Positions 1 through 8,057 of a stretch of DNA of 64,000 bases are shown here, piece by piece. A program made the translations under genes and the position numbers. Numbering within the stretch: position 1 is the stretch's first letter; every line of letters begins with the position of its first letter. Under the pieces are notes generated by a model. The model did no database searches and had not been told where the DNA came from. It saw only the letters and a program-made list of their open reading frames with translations. The stretch is from Armatimonadota bacterium (GTDB lineage: Bacteria; Armatimonadota; Zipacnadia; Zipacnadales; JABUFB01), in NCBI GenBank assembly GCA_013314775.1, contig JABUFB010000019.1:3189-67188 (forward strand), in the 5' to 3' direction.

Positions 1-309
1 CGCTACGCCCTGCTGGTGCCGCACGATCTCAATGCTGCCATCCTTCACGAGATCCGACAGGGAGTCTTCCTTGATCACCGCGTGGGTGGCTCCGGCGTTC
101 TTGAGCAGCCGCAGGAGATCGGCGACGGGGAGCCCCGTCAGGCCCGATATCTCCTGGACGCGGTTGTAGTCAACTGCCAGCGCAACCGTTCGATTCTGAT
201 GTTCCGCCGACAGCCTGGGCTGCATGGCAATCAGCGCCGCGATCAGCCCCAGCGCCATGAGCGCTAGCAGTACCGCCTTCTGTGTAAGTGACATGCCGCT
301 AGTCTGCAT
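1..309 (-). CDS. hypothetical membrane-anchored/secreted protein, N-terminal fragment running off the window start
   Basis: Minus-strand ATG at 309-307 opens a frame with no stop before position 1. Translation begins MQTSGMSLTQKAVLLALMALGLIAALIAMQPRLSAEHQNRTVALAVDYNRVQEISGL..., a hydrophobic signal/TM-like N-terminus followed by a soluble region. It overlaps the stop of the downstream gene by 11 nt. Absent from the ORF track because it is incomplete. Confidence 0.35.
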   Translation of the reverse strand, partial: MQTSGMSLTQKAVLLALMALGLIAALIAMQPRLSAEHQNRTVALAVDYNRVQEISGLTGLPVADLLRLLKNAGATHAVIKEDSLSDLVKDGSIEIVRHQQGVA

Positions 310-883
310 TCGCTTTCCATTCCGCGGGAGGGCGGGGTTCAGCCCCGCTGACCGACCGCAGCGCACTGGCGAGCGATTCCGGGTCGGGTACGCCCACGAT
401 GTAGCTGCGCCCGCCGATCTTGAGTTCGACTCCCGTGTTCCCGGCGAGATTGTAGCATCTGCTGCCACGCGGACCGAGACGCCATCCCCACCCGCCGAAA
501 TCCATGAGGGCCCGGAACTTCACGACCCGGTACCACTCGATGTCCTGCAGTGGGAAAACCATCACGGGGTATGGCACGATTCCCCATTTGAGCACAACGG
601 CTTCGGGTGTCACCTGCACCCGCACGCGCCAGGCAAGGGCCATGGCGGGCAGGACGCAGACCACGAGAAGAACGGGGCCAACCCACGCATCGGGGCCGGT
701 CTCGCCCAGCACGATCGGGATGACGGCCCCGGCGACGGCTCCAGCGATAGAAAAAGCGATCAGGCCCTGCATCCAGGGCGCTATGTATGTCACTCGGTCA
801 TAGATCGGCGTACTTTCCAACTGCGTGCACACCCTTCCGGCATCAGTTGTGCGCAGTTTAGCATACACGACTTCCCGCGTCAC
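299..883 (-). CDS. membrane protein with bacterial PH-like (YdbS/YdbT, bPH_2-like) domain
   Basis: 194-aa ORF. Two hydrophobic helices (LIAFSIAGAVAGAVIPIVLG, VLLVVCVLPAMALAW) are followed by a beta-rich segment (VQVTPEAVVLKWGIVPYP...IEWYRVV) typical of membrane-tethered bacterial PH domains. Family assignment is from motif memory only. Confidence 0.45.
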   Translation of the reverse strand: MTREVVYAKLRTTDAGRVCTQLESTPIYDRVTYIAPWMQGLIAFSIAGAVAGAVIPIVLGETGPDAWVGPVLLVVCVLPAMALAWRVRVQVTPEAVVLKWGIVPYPVMVFPLQDIEWYRVVKFRALMDFGGWGWRLGPRGSRCYNLAGNTGVELKIGGRSYIVGVPDPESLASALRSVSGAEPRPPAEWKANAD

Positions 884-901
884 CCGGCGGGACTATGACC
901 G

Positions 902-1346
902 TCAGCGGGGCCGCTCGCCCGCAGCCAGTGTGTCGCGGATATGCTCCGCCGCCGTCGGGCATTCCGTGATGCCCTCCACCCCCGCGTGGGCTTCGGCTGC
1001 CTTCACCCTGCGATCAGCCCAGTCAAGCCGGTCCTTGAACTCGGCGTAGAGCGCCGAAAGGACTTCTTCCGTCGGCTCCGCACCCCCCGCAGCACGCCAT
1101 TCTCCGGGGATGCGGGGGGGCCAGCAGCGCCGTAATGTGGTCACGCCTGCGGGTGCCCATGGGACCGCGGGCTTCTTCAACGGAAATCTGCACACCGTGC
1201 CGCGCGAAAAGCGCCACGAAGGGCTTCGCCGGGGCCGGGCTGCCATAGTCAACCGTGGTCCCGGCGAGGTCGAAGATTACTGCGCTGATGCCGTCCGTGA
1301 GCGGTTCGCGGATCGGCATCCATCCAACTTCCTTCGCTGCTTCCAC
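902..1346 (-). pseudogene. phnX: phosphonoacetaldehyde hydrolase (PhnX, HAD family) remnant, frameshifted and C-terminally truncated
   Basis: Frame 1023..1346 encodes ISAVIFDLAGTTVDYGSPAPAKPFVALFARHGVQISVEEARGPMGTRRRDHITAL. This matches the PhnX N-terminus (IEAVIFDWAGTTVDYGCFAP...AEEARKPMG..DH..AL), including HAD motif I. The match continues in a different frame (902..1252: PRIPGEWRAAGGAEPTEEVLSALYAEFKDRL, compare PRIASEWNRVFRQLPTEADIQEMYEEFEEIL). The frame switch falls at a C6/G7 homopolymer pair (1083-1130). Total length is about 148 aa versus about 260 aa for PhnX. HAD motifs III and IV are absent. No phnW is nearby. Confidence 0.5.
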
Positions 1347-1355
1347 GCGCGATCC

Positions 1356-3617
1356 CTATGCCTCAGCCTTCAGGTGCCTGTCCAGAAAGGCGAATGTCCC
1401 CGCGCCGTTGATCGCGTGAGGGCCGTTGAAGACCTCCATCTCCGTGCGGTCGCCAATGCCGAGGATATCATACTGGAACCGGGTGCGGGCATACTCATAC
1501 GCGACCCACTCATCGGGCGCCACGCCGTCGAAATGCCCGCGCTCCACCATGAATGGCCGTGGGCAGATGAGCCAGCTCATTTCGGCGTAGTTGAAGGTAT
1601 TGCCCAGGTTGAACTCGGGCATCTCATACTCGCCGGTACGCAGGTAGGTGTAGCTGTGGCGGGTGGAGCAGTTCTTCCAGATCCATTCATCATAGTCTGC
1701 CGAACAGATGGACAAGCAGTAGTCGTCGAGCAGGGCCGGAACCCGCATGGCGGTCTTTCCGCCGTAGCTCAGACCGTAGAAGCCTATTCGCTGCGGATCC
1801 ACCCACGGCAGACTTTTCAGCCAGTCGAGAGTCTGCTGGTGCTGCCGGACGATGTACGAGAACAGCGAGAGCTTCAAGGGGTTCGCCTTGCGCTGAAGGA
1901 CCCGAAAGTCGTCATAGCCGATATAGGGGTTTTGCGGGGCGTAGGTGATGTACCCCTTGCTTGCGAGACGGCATGCGAACTGGCCGTAGGCGGGCACGTT
2001 ATTGCCCGGGTCTGCCACGTCTTGAGGCCGGCCCTCGAGACCGTGCTGGCACACAACCACCGGTCTACGCTCGCCTTCGCGCAGGTCGGACGGCAGAAGC
2101 AGAATGCCGTATGCGAAAACATCCTGATAAACGTCCAGCATGATCTCGTAGCCGGTGAAGTCTTCGGTCTCATAGACTTTGCGCGCCCGGGGGTTGGCCG
2201 GGAGTTCAGGCTCAGGCAGCTTGCCGATAACCTCCTCCCACAGGTACTTGCGGTACTGCCGGCACTGCCGCTCCCAGTCCTTCACGGTGGCGCCGGTGGC
2301 CTTTTTCCAGAAGTCCTTGCGTGCGAACTCCGCCTCGCGCAGGGCATGCTGTGTGTGCCCGAGCACCTGAAGGAACTGCCTGCGGTGGGTGACCTCGCTG
2401 TCCTCAAGTTCATGGGTGATCTCAGGCGCTTCTCCCGGTTCGGGTAGTGCGTCCGCAACTCCGAGGCCCTGCAGCAGGCTGGCCAGCGCCTTGTCCGAGC
2501 CCGGCCGCCCCGTCTTCGAGCGGACCAGACGGAAGTCGGTCTCCAATCCCTCGACCAGCGCCTTCGCACGGTCCAGTTCTCGCTGCACCGCCGCGAAAGA
2601 AGGCGTGCTCAGGGCTCCCGGCGCGGCTCCTGACCTACCTTCACGCGCCGGTGGCGGGCCGTTGACCTCGGGCACCGGGCAGTGCTCGACCACAAGCGGC
2701 CTCGGGGCGATGAGGGTCGCGAGTTCCGCATCCCCGAACTGCTCCAGCAGCGCCCATACATTTCGGTAGATCGGCTCTCTCCAGAGCTCCTCGCGCGGTC
2801 CGAAGTACCCGCTCACCAGGGCTGCGTCGATGCGCCGATCGACCGCCGCCGCATACAGCGCGATCAGCCCGCCTTCGCCGTACCCCGCAATTCCGATGGG
2901 GCGCCCGGAGCGCCCGGACTTAAGCCAGTCCAGCACCGCGAGGACCTTCTGCACCTCGTAACCGATGATGTGGCGCCCAAGCTCGAAGGCCGGGCGGTAG
3001 ATGAACTCCCGGTGCGGCTGGTTGGTGGCGAGGGTGAGTGCGGCGACGGAATCATCGTCCAGGCGGTTGATCAGCCACGGAACCAGCACCCGGCAGCCAG
3101 TCTCGGCAAGGCGCCGGGCGAACTGAGCGTCCGACGGCAGACCGTCTTCGATCCCGATGAGCATGCCGGGCGTCCAGTCGCAGTCGGGCAGAGCGATGAT
3201 GTCGGCGATGGGTTCGCCCCAGGGGTCCAGCACAAGACCCTCGGCCTCCACACCCGGCAGCACCGCCCAGCGGGCGCGCATCACCTGGTAGTCGTTCGCC
3301 ATGGCCACGGGCGCCTCGCAAAGCACATGCGGTCCGGTTTGCCCGACGAGTTCGAACCGCACCGGTTCGCGCTCATCAACGACGCCAATGATCCGGGCCA
3401 GCTCCTTCCGGTTCCGCGCCACCGACTTTGCGTACGCGGCGGGAGAACTCAGGTCCCGCTGCCAGTGGCGCTCACGCCTCCCGGCGATTTCGCGATTACG
3501 ACGGTCGAGGTCGCGGCTGATGCCGGCAACCATTGCCGCCGCGAGATCGCCTTTCGCGGTGAGCGGCGCGGCTCCCGGGATGCTGTCGACGCCCGTCTGT
3601 GAACGCTTCGCGGCCAT
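1356..3617 (-). CDS. alpha/beta-hydrolase fold protein with two tandem esterase-like domains (dienelactone hydrolase / acetyl-xylan-esterase-like)
   Basis: 753-aa ORF. The C-terminal domain has a canonical nucleophile elbow GFYGLSYGG and follows a HGLEGR motif. The N-terminal paralogous domain has IGIAGYGEGG at the equivalent position, with Gly replacing the nucleophile Ser. It is coding-dense and colinear. No signal peptide is evident. Confidence 0.6.
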   Translation of the reverse strand: MAAKRSQTGVDSIPGAAPLTAKGDLAAAMVAGISRDLDRRNREIAGRRERHWQRDLSSPAAYAKSVARNRKELARIIGVVDEREPVRFELVGQTGPHVLCEAPVAMANDYQVMRARWAVLPGVEAEGLVLDPWGEPIADIIALPDCDWTPGMLIGIEDGLPSDAQFARRLAETGCRVLVPWLINRLDDDSVAALTLATNQPHREFIYRPAFELGRHIIGYEVQKVLAVLDWLKSGRSGRPIGIAGYGEGGLIALYAAAVDRRIDAALVSGYFGPREELWREPIYRNVWALLEQFGDAELATLIAPRPLVVEHCPVPEVNGPPPAREGRSGAAPGALSTPSFAAVQRELDRAKALVEGLETDFRLVRSKTGRPGSDKALASLLQGLGVADALPEPGEAPEITHELEDSEVTHRRQFLQVLGHTQHALREAEFARKDFWKKATGATVKDWERQCRQYRKYLWEEVIGKLPEPELPANPRARKVYETEDFTGYEIMLDVYQDVFAYGILLLPSDLREGERRPVVVCQHGLEGRPQDVADPGNNVPAYGQFACRLASKGYITYAPQNPYIGYDDFRVLQRKANPLKLSLFSYIVRQHQQTLDWLKSLPWVDPQRIGFYGLSYGGKTAMRVPALLDDYCLSICSADYDEWIWKNCSTRHSYTYLRTGEYEMPEFNLGNTFNYAEMSWLICPRPFMVERGHFDGVAPDEWVAYEYARTRFQYDILGIGDRTEMEVFNGPHAINGAGTFAFLDRHLKAEA

Positions 3618-3689
3618 CTGTGGATCACCTCAGGGAAGTGCTGTGGTCGAACCTCGCGTAGACCGACCGTCCCGGTCGGCGGATGTCAA

Positions 3690-4046
3690 CCTTCGCGTCC
3701 GGCAGGACGCCCGGCCGCAGGCCTCTAGCCCCGGGTTTCAACCCGGGGCGTCTGCCGCCCCCTTCGGGGGCTCTTATAATCTCGAAGGAGGGGCCTGATT
3801 CCACCAGCTGACGCTGGTGGCAAGAGACTGCCGCCCCTTCGGGGCTGGACGGCAAGGGCCTGTCGAGCGGGACGCTCGACCTTTGCGTCCCTCAGGACGC
3901 CCGGCCGCAGGCCTCTAGCCCCGGGTTTCAACCCGGGGCGTCTGCCGCCCCCTTCGGGGGCTCTTATAATCTCGAAGGAGGGGCCTGATTCCACCAGCTG
4001 ACGCTGGTGGCAAGAGACTGCCGCCCCTTCGGGGCTGGACGGCAAC
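3690..4046. repeat. tandem direct repeat: two copies of a 190-bp unit containing a 100 percent identical 150-bp core with four GC-rich hairpins
   Basis: Read directly. aggacgcccggccgcaggcctctagccccgggtttcaacccggggcgtctgccgcccccttcgggggctcttataatctcgaaggaggggcctgattccaccagctgacgctggtggcaagagactgccgccccttcggggctggacggcaa occurs at about 3706-3856 and again at about 3896-4046. Hairpins are ccccggg/tttcaa/cccgggg, gcccc/ttcg/ggggc (UUCG-type loop), ccaccag/ctgacg/ctggtgg and gcccc/ttc/ggggc. Each copy carries TATAAT followed 7 nt later by AGGAGG. Confidence 0.85.
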
Positions 4047-4120
4047 GACAAACGGCGTTGGACGACAAACGGCAACGGCGAACGGCCTTGGACGGGAAAC
4101 GGCGTCGACCGTCCCCATCA

Positions 4121-4225
4121 ATCGCATAGGCCGACCGTCCCGGTCGGCGGAACCCGTCCTCACTCGCATAGGCCGACCGTCCCGGTCGGCAACAGCGATG
4201 TCGAGCGGGGACCCTCGACCTACGC
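4121..4225. repeat. cluster of short palindromic repeats (tcgcataggccgaccgtcccggtcggc x2, plus gtcgagcggg(g)acgctcgac-type palindrome)
   Basis: ggccgaccgtcccggtcggc occurs at about 4130 and about 4170, each preceded by tcgcatag. A near-copy gaccgaccgtcccggtcggc sits at about 3661, left of the 190-bp repeats. The palindrome tcgagcgggacgctcgacc (3867) recurs as tcgagcggggaccctcgacc (4201). A degenerate short tandem (g)acgacaaacggc motif lies at 4035-4100. Confidence 0.7.
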
Positions 4226-4254
4226 GGTCGGCAACAGCGACCACCTCGCTCTTG

Positions 4255-5034
4255 TCATCGCATCCACTTGCGCTTCGAATCTTCCGTCAGCAGATATAGC
4301 GGGTCATTGGCCAGCTTCTCCATACCCACCGAGTACGCATCCGCCGCGCGGAAAAGCCGCTGCTCGCTTTCACCGATGCGAGCGGTGCTCACCAGCCCGC
4401 GCTCCTCCAGTTCCCGCCCCAACGCCAGGAAGTCATTGGCTACTGTCTCCATCCGCGTGTACTCCCAGGCTTCCCCGCCCGGGTTCGCGACGCCGTCAAG
4501 GATGATCGTGGCGCGGCGGGACTCGATGAACCGGTAGGGCACTCTCGCTTCGGCTTCGAGCAGGTGGAACAGCGTGCAACTGTTGTAGGTCACGCCCATG
4601 AGCAGTACGCGGCCATCCATGTCCACGAGGGTCTTGAAGGGGCTGTCCGGGCCGAAGCCCGTCCTGTGGGGAGTACGGCAGATCAGATTGGCCGCGGGGC
4701 CGATTGCCGCCAGCGGATGCGCCGCGTGGCTGCTCCGAATCGCCCCGGGCCAGGTGCGCACGGTCTCCGAAATGATCCCCATCCGCGAGGGAGTGTTCTC
4801 CCGGTCCCAGACCGTCTCCCCGCCCTGGAGGTATTGGCTGAAGGTGGGCACCACCAGCGTCCCTTCCGGCCCCAGCACGCCAAGCAAAGCCTGCACCACG
4901 GTCGGCGCGCCACCTTCCACGCGCCCGAAACTGGACAGGCTGCTGTGGACGATTACCGTCTGCCCTGCGCCCAGACCCAGCGCCGACAGGCCCTCGCGGA
5001 TATCCTCGCCGGTTACGCCCGCATGTGAACTCAT
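4255..5034 (-). CDS. aminoglycoside 3-N-acetyltransferase family protein (AAC(3)/Antibiotic_NAT fold)
   Basis: 259-aa ORF. The N-terminal VIVHSSLSSFG...P.F motif is characteristic of AAC(3). Length fits the family. Resistance activity cannot be inferred from sequence alone. Confidence 0.7.
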   Translation of the reverse strand: MSSHAGVTGEDIREGLSALGLGAGQTVIVHSSLSSFGRVEGGAPTVVQALLGVLGPEGTLVVPTFSQYLQGGETVWDRENTPSRMGIISETVRTWPGAIRSSHAAHPLAAIGPAANLICRTPHRTGFGPDSPFKTLVDMDGRVLLMGVTYNSCTLFHLLEAEARVPYRFIESRRATIILDGVANPGGEAWEYTRMETVANDFLALGRELEERGLVSTARIGESEQRLFRAADAYSVGMEKLANDPLYLLTEDSKRKWMR

Positions 5035-5040
5035 GTTGCG

Positions 5041-7965
5041 TTACTCCTCGGGGCGAATCAGCCAGATCGTGCCCGATGAATCCGTGCCGCCGCTAGATGC
5101 GACCTCGGCCACGAGTTCGTACTTCGCATCCGCGCGGTATTCCGGCAGCCTGATTTCGTAGACGTTCCCGCTGCTGCCACTCCCCGCCCAGCCACGGTGG
5201 ATGTCCTCGGAGATCGCCTGCCCGTTCTCCAGAAGGCTGACCTTGCGGATCACCAGCCCGTGCGCGCCCCGGTCATACTGCCACTCAACCTGCCACGCGC
5301 CCCCCTGCTTGATGTGCGCGGTGACGTCTAGCGTGAGGGTCACGCCCTCCTCGCTCATCTGCGCCGGCTCCCAGCCCCCGGCTTTCGCATAAGTGCCTGA
5401 GAGCAGGCCGAACTTTGTACCCGGGGGAAGGGCAGCAGGCGTGTCAAGACTGTCCTTCAATGCCTCCAGTTCCCCCGCAAGAGCAGACAGTTGGTCAGCC
5501 TGGGTTTCGAGGCGAGTCGCGTCGCCGACGTAGGCTCCGCAGTTGTCGATGAAGTACTTATACTCCAGGGCCCTTGTCCTTGCCTCGTCCCCGAGAGCCC
5601 GCAGCCGGGCCACTATTTCCGCCAGCGTTGCCTGCCGCTGTGCAAGCTCACCCTCGCCCAGAGGCTTGCGCAGTGCGGCGTACTGGGAGGTGATGTCCCG
5701 GAAGGTGTTCACCTTCCGGCCCGCATACTCGGCCAGCGCGAAGCCCAGATCGGCAGCCCGCAGGGTCAGGTGATTTGTCCCGGCGAGTTCATTCAGCCGC
5801 CTCACCTTGCCCCGGGCCGCCTGCATGGCCTCGATGAGAGCGCCGGCACTGGCCGCCGCCACCGGGGTCTTCAGGCCGAACTCTCGCATGACGTCGCGCG
5901 GGGCCGTCCAGAGAATGTCCGTGGTGAGGCGCCAGTTGCGCCACATTCCTGCCGCCCCCGTGCGCGCCACCGGCTCGCGCAGGCCCTGAGCAACGAGGCC
6001 GGGAGCCTCCTGCGCGCTTGTTCCGAGCCACTGGTCCGCAAAGCGCCGGTCGAACTCGCCGGTACTGCTGCTGCGCGGGTTCCAGGAACAGTCTGCCGCG
6101 AACAGCAGGCCATACATGCTGTTCTCGATGAGCGCCCCGTGCATGAACTCCCAGGTTGTGCAATAAGCTCCGCCGCAACCCGCCTCGGCCCCTGCGCGGT
6201 AGAAGCCCCGGATGCCCCGTATCGTTGTCTCGTAGTCTGGCCAGATCACCGAGTAACTCACCACTGCCGGGCAGCAGTGCACATCCTTGAACCCCGCCTG
6301 CTGGTACTGCTTGAGAGTCGGGTATTCCGCCGGTCCGTGGTAGATCCACTCGGTGGGGATGCAGTCCTTTTCCATCTGGTCGCTGTACTTGAGGGTCATG
6401 TCGCTCAGTTCCGGTGTGGGGCCGTGGTGGGATGGCCAGAACATCATGGTCCGCCCGTGCTTCTTCACAAGCTGGTTTAACTTGTTCATATGCTCGGCGT
6501 ACAGGGCGCCCATGCCGCCCGCTTCCACTTTCGCCTTGCACCGCGGGCACTTGGCGAACCCGAACTCGAACTCGTCGGCGCCGGTGTGGATGAACTCGGT
6601 GGTCGGGAAGGCTTCCACAAGCTCGGCGAACACGGTGTCCAGGAACTTCCAGGTCTCGGGCTCGCTGGTGCAGAAGACCCAGGGGTCGCCGGCCTCCCGC
6701 ATCTTCTCCATCTCTGGGTGCCGCAGTACCGCCGACGCGTGCCCGAGGGCCTCGAACTGGGGAATCAACTGCATGTGGTACGGGCGGGCGTATTCCGTAA
6801 GCTCCCGGGCTTTGTCGTGGGTAAAAGTGCCCTCGCGTCCGAGGAATGGGAATGCCCTGAAGCGGAAGTCGTCCTCCATGTAGAAGAGCAGGCCATTGAT
6901 CTTGCACCTTGCAAGGGCGCGGATCATCCGCTTCACATACTCCACGTTCACGCTCTGTCCCCGGGCGATGTCGTACTGGATAATCCGGTATGGGAAAGCC
7001 GGCCAGTCTCGCACGCTGCAGCAGGCGACCCCCGGGCCCCCCTCAGTCTTCCGGGCCATCTGGCCGAGTGTGATCGCCCCGTACAGGATGCCCCGAGCGT
7101 CCCGGGCTCTGACCTGCGCGCCGTCGACGGATACCTCCAGCGCGTAGGCTTCAGGACTGTCCGAGGGCACGTTGGGATCTGCTTTCAGCAGCAAGAGAGA
7201 ATTGCGGGGCGCATCCCCCTTCTGCGGGTCCAGCGCACGCACGCCCAACTCCAGCCCGGTGCGCTCCTGGATCAACGCCTGCAGCTCCCGGGCAGCGAAG
7301 GCCGCGTCCTCATCGCCATCCGCGTGGCAGATAACGGTATCCGCCTCGAGCGCGAAGTCCCCGCCGGTCAAGTCAATCTGCTGCGGCAGGGGGATCAGCG
7401 ATACGCCGGCATCAGTCAGCGCCGCCGCGGCCTTCATCTGCCGGGTGGATTCCTCGTCCATCACTGTCGCCAGTGCGAACAGGTCCCTGCCCGTGCCGTA
7501 ACGGTAGGAGGTCCACCCGTCGCCGGCCACGGTCGCGCCGACGAAGATGTCGATGTATCCGCGCCGCCGGTCGTCGGCGGTGATTCTTTCAGTCAGGTCG
7601 ATAGGGGCCTGGTTGGTCCGGTTCCATTCGTCCCCGTCGGTGACAATGGGGCCCTCATAGATAAGCTCTCCATCGGCGCTATCTCGCCGCAGCAGCAACT
7701 GGTAGCTGGTGCCCTTCCCGCTGTAAGCGACAACTGCCCCGATGCGCAGCCAGTACCCGGCCGCCTCCTGTTCGGGCACAGGAAATCGCATTGGCACCCA
7801 GTTGCCGGACTCGATGAGCCCGAGGTGTCCTTCGCCCATCGGGGTTCGGGCCAAAGGGGCGAGACGCTTTGCGTATTCGCCGAACTCTGCCCAACGCTCC
7901 GACTGGCATTGTCCGACACTTGTCACCAGCAGTGCCACCATCAATAGGGACCCGCAAATCCGCAC
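5041..7965 (-). CDS. GH20 beta-N-acetylhexosaminidase family protein with C-terminal extra domain
   Basis: GH20b-like N-domain (YALEVSVDGAQVRARDARGILYGAITLGQM), then the catalytic TIM barrel (VRDWPAFPYRIIQYDIARG ... IHTGADEFE = H-x-G-x-D-E). A long C-terminal region follows. The track ORF extends to 8064. The likely start is GTG 7965 (MRICGSLLMVALLVTSVGQCQS signal peptide) or ATG 7941. Confidence 0.75.
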   Translation of the reverse strand: MRICGSLLMVALLVTSVGQCQSERWAEFGEYAKRLAPLARTPMGEGHLGLIESGNWVPMRFPVPEQEAAGYWLRIGAVVAYSGKGTSYQLLLRRDSADGELIYEGPIVTDGDEWNRTNQAPIDLTERITADDRRRGYIDIFVGATVAGDGWTSYRYGTGRDLFALATVMDEESTRQMKAAAALTDAGVSLIPLPQQIDLTGGDFALEADTVICHADGDEDAAFAARELQALIQERTGLELGVRALDPQKGDAPRNSLLLLKADPNVPSDSPEAYALEVSVDGAQVRARDARGILYGAITLGQMARKTEGGPGVACCSVRDWPAFPYRIIQYDIARGQSVNVEYVKRMIRALARCKINGLLFYMEDDFRFRAFPFLGREGTFTHDKARELTEYARPYHMQLIPQFEALGHASAVLRHPEMEKMREAGDPWVFCTSEPETWKFLDTVFAELVEAFPTTEFIHTGADEFEFGFAKCPRCKAKVEAGGMGALYAEHMNKLNQLVKKHGRTMMFWPSHHGPTPELSDMTLKYSDQMEKDCIPTEWIYHGPAEYPTLKQYQQAGFKDVHCCPAVVSYSVIWPDYETTIRGIRGFYRAGAEAGCGGAYCTTWEFMHGALIENSMYGLLFAADCSWNPRSSSTGEFDRRFADQWLGTSAQEAPGLVAQGLREPVARTGAAGMWRNWRLTTDILWTAPRDVMREFGLKTPVAAASAGALIEAMQAARGKVRRLNELAGTNHLTLRAADLGFALAEYAGRKVNTFRDITSQYAALRKPLGEGELAQRQATLAEIVARLRALGDEARTRALEYKYFIDNCGAYVGDATRLETQADQLSALAGELEALKDSLDTPAALPPGTKFGLLSGTYAKAGGWEPAQMSEEGVTLTLDVTAHIKQGGAWQVEWQYDRGAHGLVIRKVSLLENGQAISEDIHRGWAGSGSSGNVYEIRLPEYRADAKYELVAEVASSGGTDSSGTIWLIRPEE

Positions 7966-8057
7966 CTTTCGCCACTCCTTTCGGTCAAAGGGAACATGGA
8001 CACGGGTTCGCTCATTCCCGTGCCCTTCCCTTCTCGCATGGTCGGAGGTGACCCGGA

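Noticed and set aside
16-267. 83-aa plus-strand ORF at the window start
   Set aside because: Overlaps the better-supported minus-strand N-terminal fragment (signal/TM-like start at 309). No motifs.
1110-2447. 445-aa plus-strand ORF
   Set aside because: Entirely antisense to the well-supported 753-aa alpha/beta-hydrolase gene. Low-complexity Arg/Ala/Gly-rich translation is typical of high-GC antisense frames.
3690-4046. Possible CRISPR array
   Set aside because: Only two copies. The unit is 150-190 bp, far longer than CRISPR repeats. No cas genes in the window.
3625-4244. Three minus-strand ORFs (76-116 aa) with repeated peptide SLPSSPEGAAVSCHQRQLVESGPSFEIIRAPEGGG
   Set aside because: They are translations of the 190-bp tandem DNA repeat. 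The repetition is at the nucleotide level, with hairpins in every frame. Not credible as coding.
5491-7947. Plus-strand ORFs of 329 and 485 aa
   Set aside because: Antisense to the GH20 gene, which has clear catalytic motifs.
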